This document shows, piece by piece, positions 51,938 through 64,000 of a stretch of DNA of 64,000 nt. This DNA is from Octopus bimaculoides (taxonomy: Eukaryota). Under the pieces are notes generated by a model. The model had not been told where the DNA came from and made no database searches. It saw nothing but the letters and a program-made list of their open reading frames with translations. Position 1 is the stretch's first letter. Every line of letters starts with the position of its first letter. A program made the position numbers and the translations under genes. The stretch covers positions 22,267,120 to 22,331,119 of the forward strand of contig NC_068986.1 of assembly GCF_001194135.2 (NCBI RefSeq). Reading direction: 5' to 3'.

Positions 51938-52700
51938 CTGGAGGTGAATGGTTTCACATATAGGTTCGTGTTTACTGATAAAACTGCATTTCACCAAAGT
52001 GGCAAAATGAACAGGCATAATTTGAGATTTTGGGACATGGCAAATCTGCATTTTGTACTGGATCATGAACATAATTCTCTAAAGGTAACTGTTTTCGTTG
52101 CCATAACAAATTGAAGAGCATCTGGGCCTTTCTTCTTCATGGAGTCCTCTGTTATAGGGTGCACCTACCTTGACATGTTGTTTATTTGGTTGTTGCCCCA
52201 GGTGCAAGAAGAGGTATTTGACATCATTATGCAGCATGATGGGGCTCCACCACATTGGCATAGACACGTATGCGATTACCTCAACAAGCATCTTCCAAAA
52301 TGCTGGATTGGATGTGCTAGAGTGAATGGTTTGCCATTTATGGTCTGCACCCCAGCCCAGGTCCTCCAACCTATTGCTTTGCAACTTTTTCCTTTGGAGT
52401 TATCTAGAAGACAACATGTCCATACCCCTACTTCTACAGCACTTACAGAAGTTAAAGCAATCGATAGGTGATGCAATTGGTTCAATTGATCAAGCTATGC
52501 TGGCACAGGTGTGGCAAGAACTAAACTATCATGTAGACATCTGCCATGTGGCAAAAGTCACCCACATTGAACATCTGTGACTGTCCGTAGAAACTTAAAG
52601 AGTTAACCTTTCATGTAATATACATATTTTTGCAATATATTCATTACAATTCTCACATGTATATTCTCCTTTTGTACCATTTATTTTGAATTACCCTGTG
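51938..52700 (+). mobile_element. Tc1/mariner-superfamily transposase fragment (long DD spacing, DD41D/DD37D-like)
   Basis: FTDKTAFHQSGKMNRHNLRFW, QHDGAPPH, PRSSNLLLCNFFLWSYL and C-terminal HIEHL*; right end ...GAATTACCCTG; frameshifts and a stop. Confidence 0.85.
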
Positions 52701-53852
52701 TATACACACACACACATATATATACATACGTACACACACACATATGTACATACACACATACATATAAATACATATATGCAATTTATCTATCCATGTGTGT
52801 GTGTGTGTGTGCGTGTGTATGCATACACACGCACACACATATATCTAGGTACATAAACAATCAGATAATTAGATAGACAAGTTGAGAGACAGATAGACAA
52901 GACAGACAGACAGATAGATAGCTAATTCAAAGGCAAAACACAGCCCACAACCTTTTGTTGAAGCTCTTCTGAATTAAAGATTTAAAATGAATGTAAAGAT
53001 GCAACTTTATCCAAGAAGGAACAAATAGATTGCTAGTCTTGGTCATAACATTCAATGCACACATATTTATACACATGCATAAATACATACTCATACACTC
53101 ACACACACTGCTGCACAAGCCAACAAAGGACACTCTATATGGCCACTAGATCTGCTAGAACTAGCAGCTAAATTTTCTTAAAAAATCACATTAGTTGTCT
53201 TAAAAGGACACACCAAACAATGGAACACCAAATATACTTTGTCTGTAGGAAGAGCAGGAGGATCAGATCTAAAATGTTTATGGTCATGGATTTGCTTTAT
53301 CAAAGTTGACCTGAAGCTAACAACACTAACAATGATATTGATACACACATATATATATAACTGACACACTTTCTTGATATCCAGAGAAAATGAGATTAGT
53401 TGGAATATGAGGTAAGGTGAAACATCTCTTTTTCAGCAGAAACAAGGAACCTGATGAAGACTGTACGACCATCTTATGAAAGTTTCTTGCTTCTTGTACT
53501 ACCTTTCTGTTAAGAAATCAATGCAGAAAGTTTCCTAGCAAACTTTTCTGTATTTTTCACATTATATAGTAAAAGCTTCACATGTTAGAAATATTTAGTG
53601 TGCTTAGTAAATAGAATAGTCGGGAAATGAGACGATACCTGTCCTTTTATTAAAGCTAGTCCAACAAAAAGAAGTGGTAGAAGAAAGCCTGAGAGACCTT
53701 GAATCTACATTGACTTTCCTCAGTGTTGTGAAAGAGCACATCACGCCAAGAGGAGGAACAAGAAATCATATGGTGGTGGAAGAAACCAAAAACTGCAAAG
53801 AAATTTCTATATGAGCAAGCCTCAAAAATACAGGTATGTGGAAACCCTTCAA

Positions 53853-54016
53853 CACTAGCATAGCTAGAATGTGTGCCTCCCGAGGTGGCCCTTCCTTTTG
53901 CTGCCCCCTGACCCCACAAAAAAAAAAAAACACATATTGCCTACAGCAATAGCCTACAAGATGAAAAGTGCCGCCTGAGGAGGACCGCCTCTACCCCACT
54001 CTCAGCTATGCTAGTG
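53853..54016. mobile_element. hAT-type MITE (164 bp)
   Basis: Perfect 13-bp TIR CACTAGCATAGCT / AGCTATGCTAGTG; identical 8-bp TSD CCCTTCAA at 53845 and 54017. Confidence 0.9.
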
Positions 54017-54104
54017 CCCTTCAAATGCAGTGGTAAAGGACATCGTTCCAGCGTATTTTTCAAGGAAGAAAAAGGTGTACTATTATTTTACAATAGTTGG
54101 TGTC

Positions 54105-54310
54105 GAACTGGCAGCATCGTTAACACACCGGACAAAATGCTTAGCGGCATTTCGTCCGTCTTTACTTTGTGAGCTTAAATACTGCCAAAGTCGACTTTGC
54201 CTTTCATTCTTTCACGATCAGGGAAATAAGAATCAGTTGAGCATTAGGGTCGATGTAATAGATTAGCTTCTCTCCCAAAATTTCAGGCCTTATACCAAGA
54301 GGAAAAAAGA
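54105..54310 (+). mobile_element. (ATT)n-tail SINE
   Basis: GAACTGGCAGCATCGTTAAC head; AAAGTCGACTTTGCCTTTCATTCTT central part. Confidence 0.75.
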
Positions 54311-56062
54311 TTGTTACAATGGTCAAGAACTGAATGCAGCTGATGAGATAACAAATGAAATTTTGAAACGTATTTCAAGTAAATATTTTGCATGCTCTGA
54401 ACCCACAGTACTAGATAATGTTAAAATATGCACATACAAGCGTGAGGACAACGTATACATGCTGTCTGCTCTGCACAACAGCAGGAGAACAGGGTGTTGT
54501 CAACAGAAATTATGTAAACACAAGCTAGAGTAAATACAAAAACACATTGTGAATCAATAAATTTTTTATATACAACAAATCGAAGAGACAATAATAGTTA
54601 GTTGAAATTACCTGATCAAAATACGTTATTGTTATTAAAAACTGAAAGGATACCAACATAATTCTTTGATTGCCCTATAATTATTGGTGCTACTACATTA
54701 TTTTTCCACCTACCTCACTGTGGGTAGATTGGAAACTGTCCCCTTGCATATTGCAACTAACCTCACGGTAAGGTAATTTGGAACGTTTAGACTTTTTTTT
54801 CAGGAATCTCCCCCAAGCCTCTGTTGAACGTGTCTGTTAAGTTTGTAGTTCACATGCATAAATAAAACAGATGATGTTGAAGATTCATCAGTATAATCAT
54901 AAGCTAAATATAAACGACTTAGTAAATGTCTTCCGACTAACCCACCACTTTCCTTCAGATTGTCTGAAGCCTCCATGCAGTTGTTTGAACTGCTAGAAAG
55001 AATAGCCCTTAAAATGTAGCCTACCATTTTAAAACAGTAAAACACACACACGCACACGCACACACACACACACACACAGAGTGGATAATCATGTTTACAC
55101 TAATGATAAAAACGAAAATGATGGGATGGCCACAGCCGGACTATCTTAGATTGTGGTTTCCCCTCCACACACAATTTCTTCACTTCAGAAAACCTAAAGA
55201 ATAGCTCTTAAAGGGACAAGACATGAAAGCACACTGGATAATCCTAGAAACACTGTATATAAAATCGAAAAAGATGGGATGATCACAGCTGGAGGGTCTT
55301 TGATCGTAGGCTTGCTCAATGTCAAAGCTGACCTGGTTATAAACAGCGACTACGACAACAACCACGTCGACGATAAAGAAAGCCTATCAATAAATAATGC
55401 CCGACAAAAAAGTCGACTTTTGGCGGCAACGGAGCATTGCTGTAGGTATTTTGAGAATGTTGATCAACAAGGTGAACTGAGAACACAGACAGACACACAT
55501 ACGTAAGTGTGTGAAACACCGGCCTGACCAGAAATAGCTGTAGTAACATTGACACAGAAAGATGTGAAGCATCTGACGTGGGTGTAGTTTGCTGCACTGT
55601 CTGTCTGCTACTTAATTATCTATGGCTGCATATATTGATGGATTTAGGGTTGTGTCAGCGTGCACATGTGTGCGTGTGGGTATATGTCGGTAAGTAATAA
55701 ATCAGTGCAGAAATGTGTTGGCAGAGGGGGGTCAGCATCGTGCAGTATTTGATTAAATCTATTTTTTTTAATATATATATGATATATTCTTCTCACTCTG
55801 CTGTTGGTTTCAGTTGGCTGTAAATTCTATTACATAAAACCGATAACTCCAAATATGTAATCCAGATTCTTTACTTGAGATACACATATATGCGCGGGCG
55901 CAACACCATACACAAGCACATACATCCATACACGCATACATACATACATCCATACACACATGCATGCATACACATACATACACACAAATGTGTTTGTGTG
56001 TATGTGTATATGTATATATATTTAAACATATGTATGTATATACACACACACACACACATTGC

Positions 56063-56120
<58 letters not shown>

Positions 56121-57008
56121 ATGTGTGTGTGTAAATATATATATATATATATAGCAGTGGCATTTTTTGCTGTTGTTGATAAGCAATTTATTGTTACAGT
56201 ATACTTGATTACATAAATATTCCACATTAAAATATAAATCCAAAAGAGAAGAAAATATAACCATGAATGAGGAAAAAAAAAAACAACATGAATTCAATAC
56301 TAGATGGCATTTTCTCTCTGAATAGAAAAATGTGCAATGTATTTCACAGATAAATGATCGCAAATAAATCAAATATTAATTTTTACGAGAGACGATTGGG
56401 AAGACAGTACATGGTTTATGTACTCTACCTCTATTATATGGCTTTGATTTTTAACATTGCATCATCATCATCATCATCATCACTATTTAATGTTTGATTT
56501 TCCTTCTGGCATGGGCTGAATGAGTTGACTGGATTCAACGAGTTGGAGGACCTCGTTGTACTGCAGTGTCCAGTTTTGGTATAGCATCTATGGCATGATG
56601 TCCTTCCTAATGCCAACTCTTTTTCAGTGTGTATTGGATGCCCGTTTTGTGGGACTATCACTGGTGAAATTGCCTTGCAACTTGCAAGACGAAAGGGCCA
56701 AGCATAGGACAGAGAGAGACACAGACAGAGAGAGAGAGAGAGAGAGGGTAATGGTACATGATTGCATATATATATATATATATATATATAATAATTATTT
56801 CAAATTTTTGCCACAAGGGCAGCTTGGAGGAGGTGAGGATGAGTCGATTACAACGACCCCAGTGTTCAACTGGAACTTATTTTATCAACCTCGAAATAAT
56901 GAAAGGCAAAGGTGACCTTGATAGAATTTGTATTCAGAACATAGTGACGGGTGAAATACCACTTAGTATTTCGTCCAGTGTGCTCTCGATTCAGCCAGCT
57001 TGCTTTCT

Positions 57009-57045
<37 letters not shown>

Positions 57046-57065
57046 GTATGTGCATATGTATATAT

Positions 57066-57116
<51 letters not shown>

Positions 57117-59246
57117 TATATACATACATATATACACACATGAATGTTGAATTGTGTTGAACAAAAGAGAGAGGTGTCCTCAATACATGTAGAGAATATG
57201 GTTTCTGGAATTTGGATTTTTATCATGCAACTCGTGTATCACATGACTGTAATTTTCAGGCAGGAACTATTACAACTCAGTCACTGCAGTTTATCATGGA
57301 GAAAAAATACTCACTTAAGATAAAATGGTGTTGAAAACTTTTGGATAAAGGAAGCTTTGCTTTGTAGACAGTCCGGAATTGCATTTCATGGTATCTGGTG
57401 CTGAAGAGAACTAAAGAGATCAGAATGCATCCTTTAGTTTTGTAAAGAGTGCTCTGAACTGACAATGGTATTTTCACACCTCCTTTTCTTAAGCATGATA
57501 TTTTTCTCTTTAATAAACTGCAATGAAAAGCCTTTACAGGTTCAAATATCTCACAAGCATATTTATACTGGTCTTAAGTTTATATATATATGTGTGTGTG
57601 TGTATGAATGTGTGTGTGTATGTATGAGTGTGTGTATGAATGTGTGTGTGTGTGTGTGTAAAGAATTATGTATAATTCATTATGGAACATGTATTGTTGG
57701 AATTGTTGGTTTTCAGGTGTGTGTATGTGTGTTTGCTGTGTGTTTCTGTCTTGGAAAGTTCCTCCGGCAGGAGTTATAGTGTTTTTCAGCTTGTCTCACT
57801 TGTTATCCTCTTGCCTTATAGATTATTCTTGTTTGTAAACAGTCTCCGCATAATGGCTATGTCCTTGTTCTGGTAATGTTGTGTGAGTATGCAAGTGTGC
57901 ATTGTGTTTTATGGATTTATTTGTTTTTTGTTGTTTTTTTTTTTTGAGCTATTGAAACTAACACTAAATTTGCTGCAGGTGCACAAAAGACATAATATTA
58001 CTAAACAACAACATACCGAAAGAACATGCAACATGTGCCTGGAAACTCATGTAGCTACACAAGATGAAGGTCACTGCGGCATAAACCTGAAGATCAAAAA
58101 CAACAATTCAATTTCATTAAGCTATGTCGTCATCATCATTGTCATTGTTGTCATCGTCACCACCACCACCACTACCAACATCATCATCATCATCATCATC
58201 ATCATCGCCACCACTCGCCCTCCCCCCATCATCATCATTTAACATCCACTTTTCAATGCTTGCATGAATCAGATGGAATTTGTCGAGGCAGATTGATATT
58301 CAATGGTCAGATGCCTTTCTTGTAACTAACTTTCACCAGTTTCCCAGCGAGATGATATTTTCCCCTGGACAGACACGGTTTCCATGGAGAACTGGAAATG
58401 ACCACCTTTGCTTGTATGATAATGACACTCCTTAACAACTATCACTCGATGATGTCTAGACAACGGTATACACACACACACACACACAATGATAGACTTC
58501 TTTCAGATCCCTTCTACCAAATCCACTCACAAGGCTTCGCTTGCCTTGGGTTATTGTCGAAGATACTTGCCCAAGGATCCACATGGTGGGTCTGAACTGC
58601 TCCCGACTAGTACCTTGTGGCCATAATGTCCCAGGTACAATCCCTAACTGTGACATCTTGTGCAAATGTCATTTTCTATAGCCACAGGCTAATCCTCACA
58701 CCCTGAGAGTGCAATTGGGGAGACGAAAACTATGTTGAAGCTCATTGGTTTCTATAAGCATTGAAAGTGGCCTTGAAATGATGATGGTATGTATATGAAT
58801 ATGTATTTATAAGTATATAGGGTATGTACATCAATACAGCCAAGAAGTGCAAAACAGTACTGAATGTCAAGGAGCAAGAGTTAATTATAGTTTGTAACAG
58901 ATGACACATCGCTTCCTATTTCACATCTCTGATCATCAGACTGAAGTGTGTGTATGTGTGTGTGTGTGTGCATGTGTATATATTCTGTTCTTTTATTCGT
59001 TTGCTTGTTTCAGTCATTTGACTGAGGCCATACTGGAGGACCACTTTAAAGGGTTTTTTTAGTTGAAAGAAATCAAATCCCAGGAGTTATTCTTTGTAAG
59101 CCTAGAACTTATTCTATCAGTCTCTTTTGCTGAACCACTAAGTTGCAAGGACACAAATACACCAACATTGGTCGTGAAGAGATGGTGTGGGGATAAACAT
59201 AGACACACACATAAATATACACTTATTTATATGATGATGACACACT

Positions 59247-60270
59247 GGCCATTTGCTAGATAGGCTCAGAAAGGACCTCACCATGAACTCCCTTGGACTG
59301 AAGGTCATGATAGAAACCAACCTGAAAACAGTAGATATCCTTGATGTGACTCTAGACCTGGAATCTCACACTTATAGGCCCTTTAGGGAGCCAAATGTGA
59401 AGCTGTCTTACATTAACACAGGTTCCTGCCATCCAGCCATAGTGTTCAGGAACCTGGTTAAGGGCGTCAGCAGGAGAATCTCCAGTTTATCTTCAAGCAA
59501 AGAGATCATTGATGCTGCTGCCTTGTACTACAACCAGGCTCTGGCTGTCAGTGGTTTCAAGGATAGTATTGGTCACATGCCAGACCCTAGCCACAACAAG
59601 AGAATGCACCACGGGAAAGTGCTGTGGTTCATACCACCCTTCTCTTTAAACATTAAGACCAGAGTAGGTAAGATCTTCCTTAGTTTAGTTGATAGGCACT
59701 TCCCCCATACTAATAGATACAATAAAATATATAGTAGACATACCCCGAGACTATCCTTTAGCTGTGCACTTCGTGTAAAAAAGATTTTAGCAGGTAGGCT
59801 CACACCTGAGGCAGAGGCAGGATGCTCATGCAGAGGTAACATGACTTGTCCACTGAATGGCTACTGCAACATGGAGACAGTAGTATACGAGGCAGAAGTA
59901 ACAGCCGCTGGACCAAATGGACAACCGAGCATATGGAAGTATGTGAGGGACAATGGAAGGCCTTTTCAGAACCCACTTTAATAACGACAAGTCCTCATTC
60001 AACATCCCAGAGGGATGTAAAGCAACAGCCAAACACATTTGGTCTTTGAAAGAAAGCACCACGGAGTACAGCATAAAGTGGAAGATCCTGGAAAAATGCA
60101 TGCCATACTTCAATAGCAGCAGGAAGTGCAAGCTATGCTGGCTGAGAAGTGAGCCATTTTAAAGGGTACTCAACACTCGGATGTTTACTTGAATAGCAAG
60201 AGTGAGGTGTTTGATCCCTGCCCACATGGAAGCAAATACATTCTATCATACCTGCACACCCCAACATGAT
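59247..60270 (+). mobile_element. 5'-truncated Penelope-like retroelement (RT thumb + CxCx5Cx5C linker + GIY-YIG endonuclease), probably Naiad-type
   Basis: TVDILDVTLDL, YINTGSCHP and WFIPPFS motifs; CSCRGNMTCPLNGYC; VVYEA...KYV; after a frameshift HIWSLKE...WKILEKC...CKLC and LNSKSEVFDPCPHGSKYIL. Confidence 0.85.
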
Positions 60271-60350
60271 TACAACCACAGGTCCCCGTCCTCGGCCTTC
60301 CACCAATGCCCTCAGGCCTGGCAAAGAGTTTGACTAAAGCACACACCAAT

Positions 60351-60399
<49 letters not shown>

Positions 60400-61048
60400 G
60401 CAAGGCAGACACCCCACACAATGGACTGTCTCCCACCCATGCCAACATATACTCCTTCACACACATTGTATCCCCCACACATATATAAACCCCCAGGCAC
60501 ACACATTATATACAGCACATCATTTACAGAAGGATAACAGACCAATGAACACAGCCATATACACTTTCAACTCTGGAAAAAATTATGAACATGACACCAT
60601 TACACATATCACACACGCCATCCCCACAGGAGCACCACACTTAATAATGCACACTTTCACCACAAACGCTTTAAGATGACTCTTACCAGCCTCACAGCAT
60701 TCTCACTAAGGGGCATAATTTCTAACCTAATCCCCTGGCCTTTTTTCGTTTCACCACCCTTTTTCACAGAAGCTGCTGACAGGTTGTGTTCATCCACCTC
60801 CGACAATAGAGAGTAGTCACCATATTCCCTTCTGTATCAGCTAACTCTGATGAGTGTAAGGTTATATAATAGGATTGTTACATAACACCCTATTGTATTG
60901 TCTTTATTTGTCTTTTGAAGTTGAAATATGTCACAAACATTTTAACTAACCTAAAGTTTGCTTGTGTCTAAACACTGCTTGGTAGTGACGCTGCTGAATA
61001 TATAGATGTGTACATACATGTGTGTGCAGTTATTTGTGTGTATATATG

Positions 61049-61081
<33 letters not shown>

Positions 61082-61692
61082 TTGTTACATAACAAAAACT
61101 GAATCTTTGGGTTGAAAACATTCCTGGCAATAACACCTGGTAATTCATTGTCAGAATTTCTTTAATTGCCATTAAGCCACGAGGAATAATGAAGCATGTT
61201 TTTCTTTTACATACCTGCATATGAAGACTCTGCACGTGGTATGTCATTTGTCTCAATGTACCAATATAAATCTTGTGAAGAAGCAGAAATACTAGACTGT
61301 TTGCTTAGATAACTTTACAGTATTTGATTACATCATTTTGTGTTTTGAGTTGAAGTTCTGCTTCGTTTGATTCTGCCTTTCATCTCTCAGTAGTTGACGA
61401 ATAAGTACCAGTACCAGTTATATCCTGTAAATTCTGCTTTTTTTCTCTGTTTCTCAGATTTGTAGCTTTATAGAAATGTGCTAATATAAGAAGTTCCTGG
61501 CTTTAAGGGTATTGTGAATGGCCTGGCTGGAAGATCAAACTTCCAAATTCTTTTACAGGGATCTGAAAAACTGAAGGACCACTGCAATAGGTGTGTGAAT
61601 CATAGAGGGGAATATGTTGAATAAAATCATAATTAACTGATCCTCCTGTATTTTCTTTTACTCAAATCCAGAAACTATTCAGCACCCCTCAC

Positions 61693-61724
<32 letters not shown>

Positions 61725-61789
61725 TATATATGTGTGTGTGTAAAGTTTACATACATACAAACACACACACACATACATATATATATATA

Positions 61790-62532
61790 TTGGGTCATCC
61801 CATAAATAATGTGGTTATTTTATACTTCTATTATTTTTCAAAACAAGGAAAGTTGAGCAGAGAATCTGCATCAAATTTTGTCAAAAGCTTGGCGATACCT
61901 GCTCAGAGACCTATGCAAAGTTTTCAAAAACTTTTCATTGTTCTTGCCACAATCAAGGAGATCTTGTGCAACTGAAGCCCAAGTGCCTTTTTGCTTAGCT
62001 GAAAGCAGTTTTGGTAGAAACTTGGCAGACATGTGTCTCATACCCAAATCTTCAGTGATAATGGACTGAGCTGAAACATAACTGGTCTGCACATCCTCTG
62101 ATAACTCATGGATAGTGATTTGAGAATTTTCCCTCACAGCTACATGCACATCTGTGATATTTTTCGCAGTTCTGCTAGTTGCAGGTCTCCCAGTATGTTC
62201 ATCAATATCAACATTTTTCCAGCCATCTTGGAAACATCTGAATCACTCATACACTTGTGTGCAGCTCATACACTCCTCTCCATACACTTTGCTCAGGCCT
62301 CTGAGCAGGTATCACCATGTCAAATTTCACTGTGATGGTCAATGCAACAATCACACACTACACACCTTCCTTCCAAGCACTGCTGTAAACAGCAGAAGTG
62401 AGCTAGAATGTTAAAACTTAGTGTGCATGCACAGCTGAGTTGAAGGTCAATCTTTGTTAAGTGGCTTCACACTGCATGCTTTAGCTATGTTACAATGACA
62501 ACAGTCCGGATACTTATCGACCAGACCTCTCG
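61790..62532 (-). mobile_element. Composite of mariner fragments
   Basis: TIR-like TTGGGTCATCCCATAAATAATG at 61790; plus-strand EQRICIKFCQKLGDTCSETY at 61848-61930; minus-strand transposase N-terminus (SAKFLPKLL) from 62340 to 61926; TIR-like CGAGAGGTCTGGTCGATAAGTATCCGG at 62506-62532. Confidence 0.75.
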
Positions 62533-62557
62533 CTCGTTCTGTCTGTCTGTCAGTCTG

Positions 62558-62619
<62 letters not shown>

Positions 62620-62621
<2 letters not shown>

Positions 62622-63161
62622 AGGTTATTCAAAAAGAATGATCTGGTTTCATTATGCAATATTTTAATAAGTGAAAGCAATAAAAAACTCCAGCTAAGTC
62701 ACAAGTATTTACTCACAATCAACTTTTATTTCCTATCTTACAAGTGTTTAATGTGGCCACCACTTGCAGCGTGGGCAACATCAATACGATAAGAGAATTC
62801 CTCCCAGACACGTATCAGCATATTACGATCCACTGAGTTGATTTCAGTTGTTATTCGATGTTTAAGGTTAGTGGGTAGCGGTGGAGTTTTCTAAGTTTTG
62901 AATGGCTGCCACGAGAGCGCTGTAGTCAATCAACAGTGATCAACTCAGTGGATCGTGATATGCTGATACGCATCTGGGAGGAATTCTCTTATTGCATTGA
63001 TGTTGCCCATGCTGCAAGTGGTGGCCACATTGAACACTTGTAAGACAGGAAATAAAAGTTGATTGTGAGTAAATATTTGTGACTTAGCTGGAGTTTTTTA
63101 TTGCCTATCCTTATTAAAATATTGCGCAATGGAATCAGTTCATTCTTTTTGAATAACCCTG
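62620..63161. mobile_element. Palindromic non-autonomous Tc1/mariner-type element (223-bp arms)
   Basis: 62620-62842 is a near-perfect reverse complement of 62939-63161; ends CA(A/G)GGTTATTCAAAAAGAATG; TA at the right flank; both arms encode ...GGHI(E/K)HL*. Confidence 0.9.
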
Positions 63162-63744
63162 TATGAATATATATATATATATGACACCAACGGCTATCTG
63201 TCTTTCTTTCTTCCACTTCCTTCCTAATGACAAGACGTGCTTTTGCCTGTCTCTTCTCAAAGCTCGTTTTCCAGCGTTCACCACTTCACCTTGTCTTGGC
63301 TGTCCTGTTTTTGCTACCACTTAACCCTCCACAAAAAATCCCAAATTTTATTTAATTTGCTTTATGGGAAGGACTGTTTTATCGAAGTCGTGTCTTGTCC
63401 TTACCTTTGAAATGCGGAGTAGATAAAACAAGGGACAATGGATGAAGGGAATGTTCTTTATGTTGCCCTGTCTCATTTCTCTATTTGTTTCTTTTGTTGT
63501 TAAAAAAAAACTTTGTTTTCTGTCTTTTTGTTTTTTTATGTTCTCGTTTCTCATTTTGTTCATGTTTTTTGATGTCCTGTACTCATATATGCATGTATAT
63601 ATACATATATATGTAGGTATGTACATATATGTATATATATATGCATATATTTATATATTATTTACATTATATATTTATATATAGATGTAAAAGAATAGGC
63701 AAACACCAGGTATCAGTTCATATTATGACTATGTATACACTCTA

Positions 63745-63907
63745 GGAGTGGTTGGTGTTAGGAAGGGCATCCAACTGTAAAAACTCTGCCAAATCAGATT
63801 GGAGCCTGGTGTAGCCATCTGGTTCGCCAGTCCTCAGTCAAATTGTCCAACCCATGCTAGCATGGAAGATGGACGTTAAACGATGATGATGATGATGATG
63901 ATGATGA
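63745..63907 (+). mobile_element. SINE 3' part with (GAT)n tail
   Basis: Closely similar to 80-240. Confidence 0.8.
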
Positions 63908-64000
63908 TTTATACAACACATAGAGAGAAACAAATGCCTTAAAGACTTTCAATCACAAGAGATCAATAAAAGTTCCATCATTCAGGAATGTACATTCTGG

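Overview
AT-rich, microsatellite-dense animal genomic DNA with five N-gaps. The SINE families (tRNA-derived OK-like and OR-like CORE-SINEs, plus SINEs with (GAT)n or (ATT)n tails) point to an Octopus genome; this is recognised from memory, not by a search. Only one host protein-coding gene is well supported: an intronless 280-aa ORF at 5668-6510 (+). It carries both hallmark motifs of FRAT/GBP (GSK3-binding protein), a Wnt activator usually described as vertebrate-restricted. Upstream lies a compact promoter (TCF-type site, three CCAAT boxes, CRE-like site, TATA, Inr-like). The rest is mostly transposable-element debris: mariner and Tc1-type DNA transposons, hAT and piggyBac-type MITEs, RTE, CR1/L2 and R4/Dong LINE 3' ends, one Penelope-like (probably Naiad-type) element and dozens of SINEs. 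Notable structures are a 542-bp near-perfect hairpin built from two transposase 3' ends, tandem SINE arrays in (ATT)n tracts, and an inverted pair of microsatellite+LINE units. Nearly all other ORFs in the track are translations of simple repeats or gaps.
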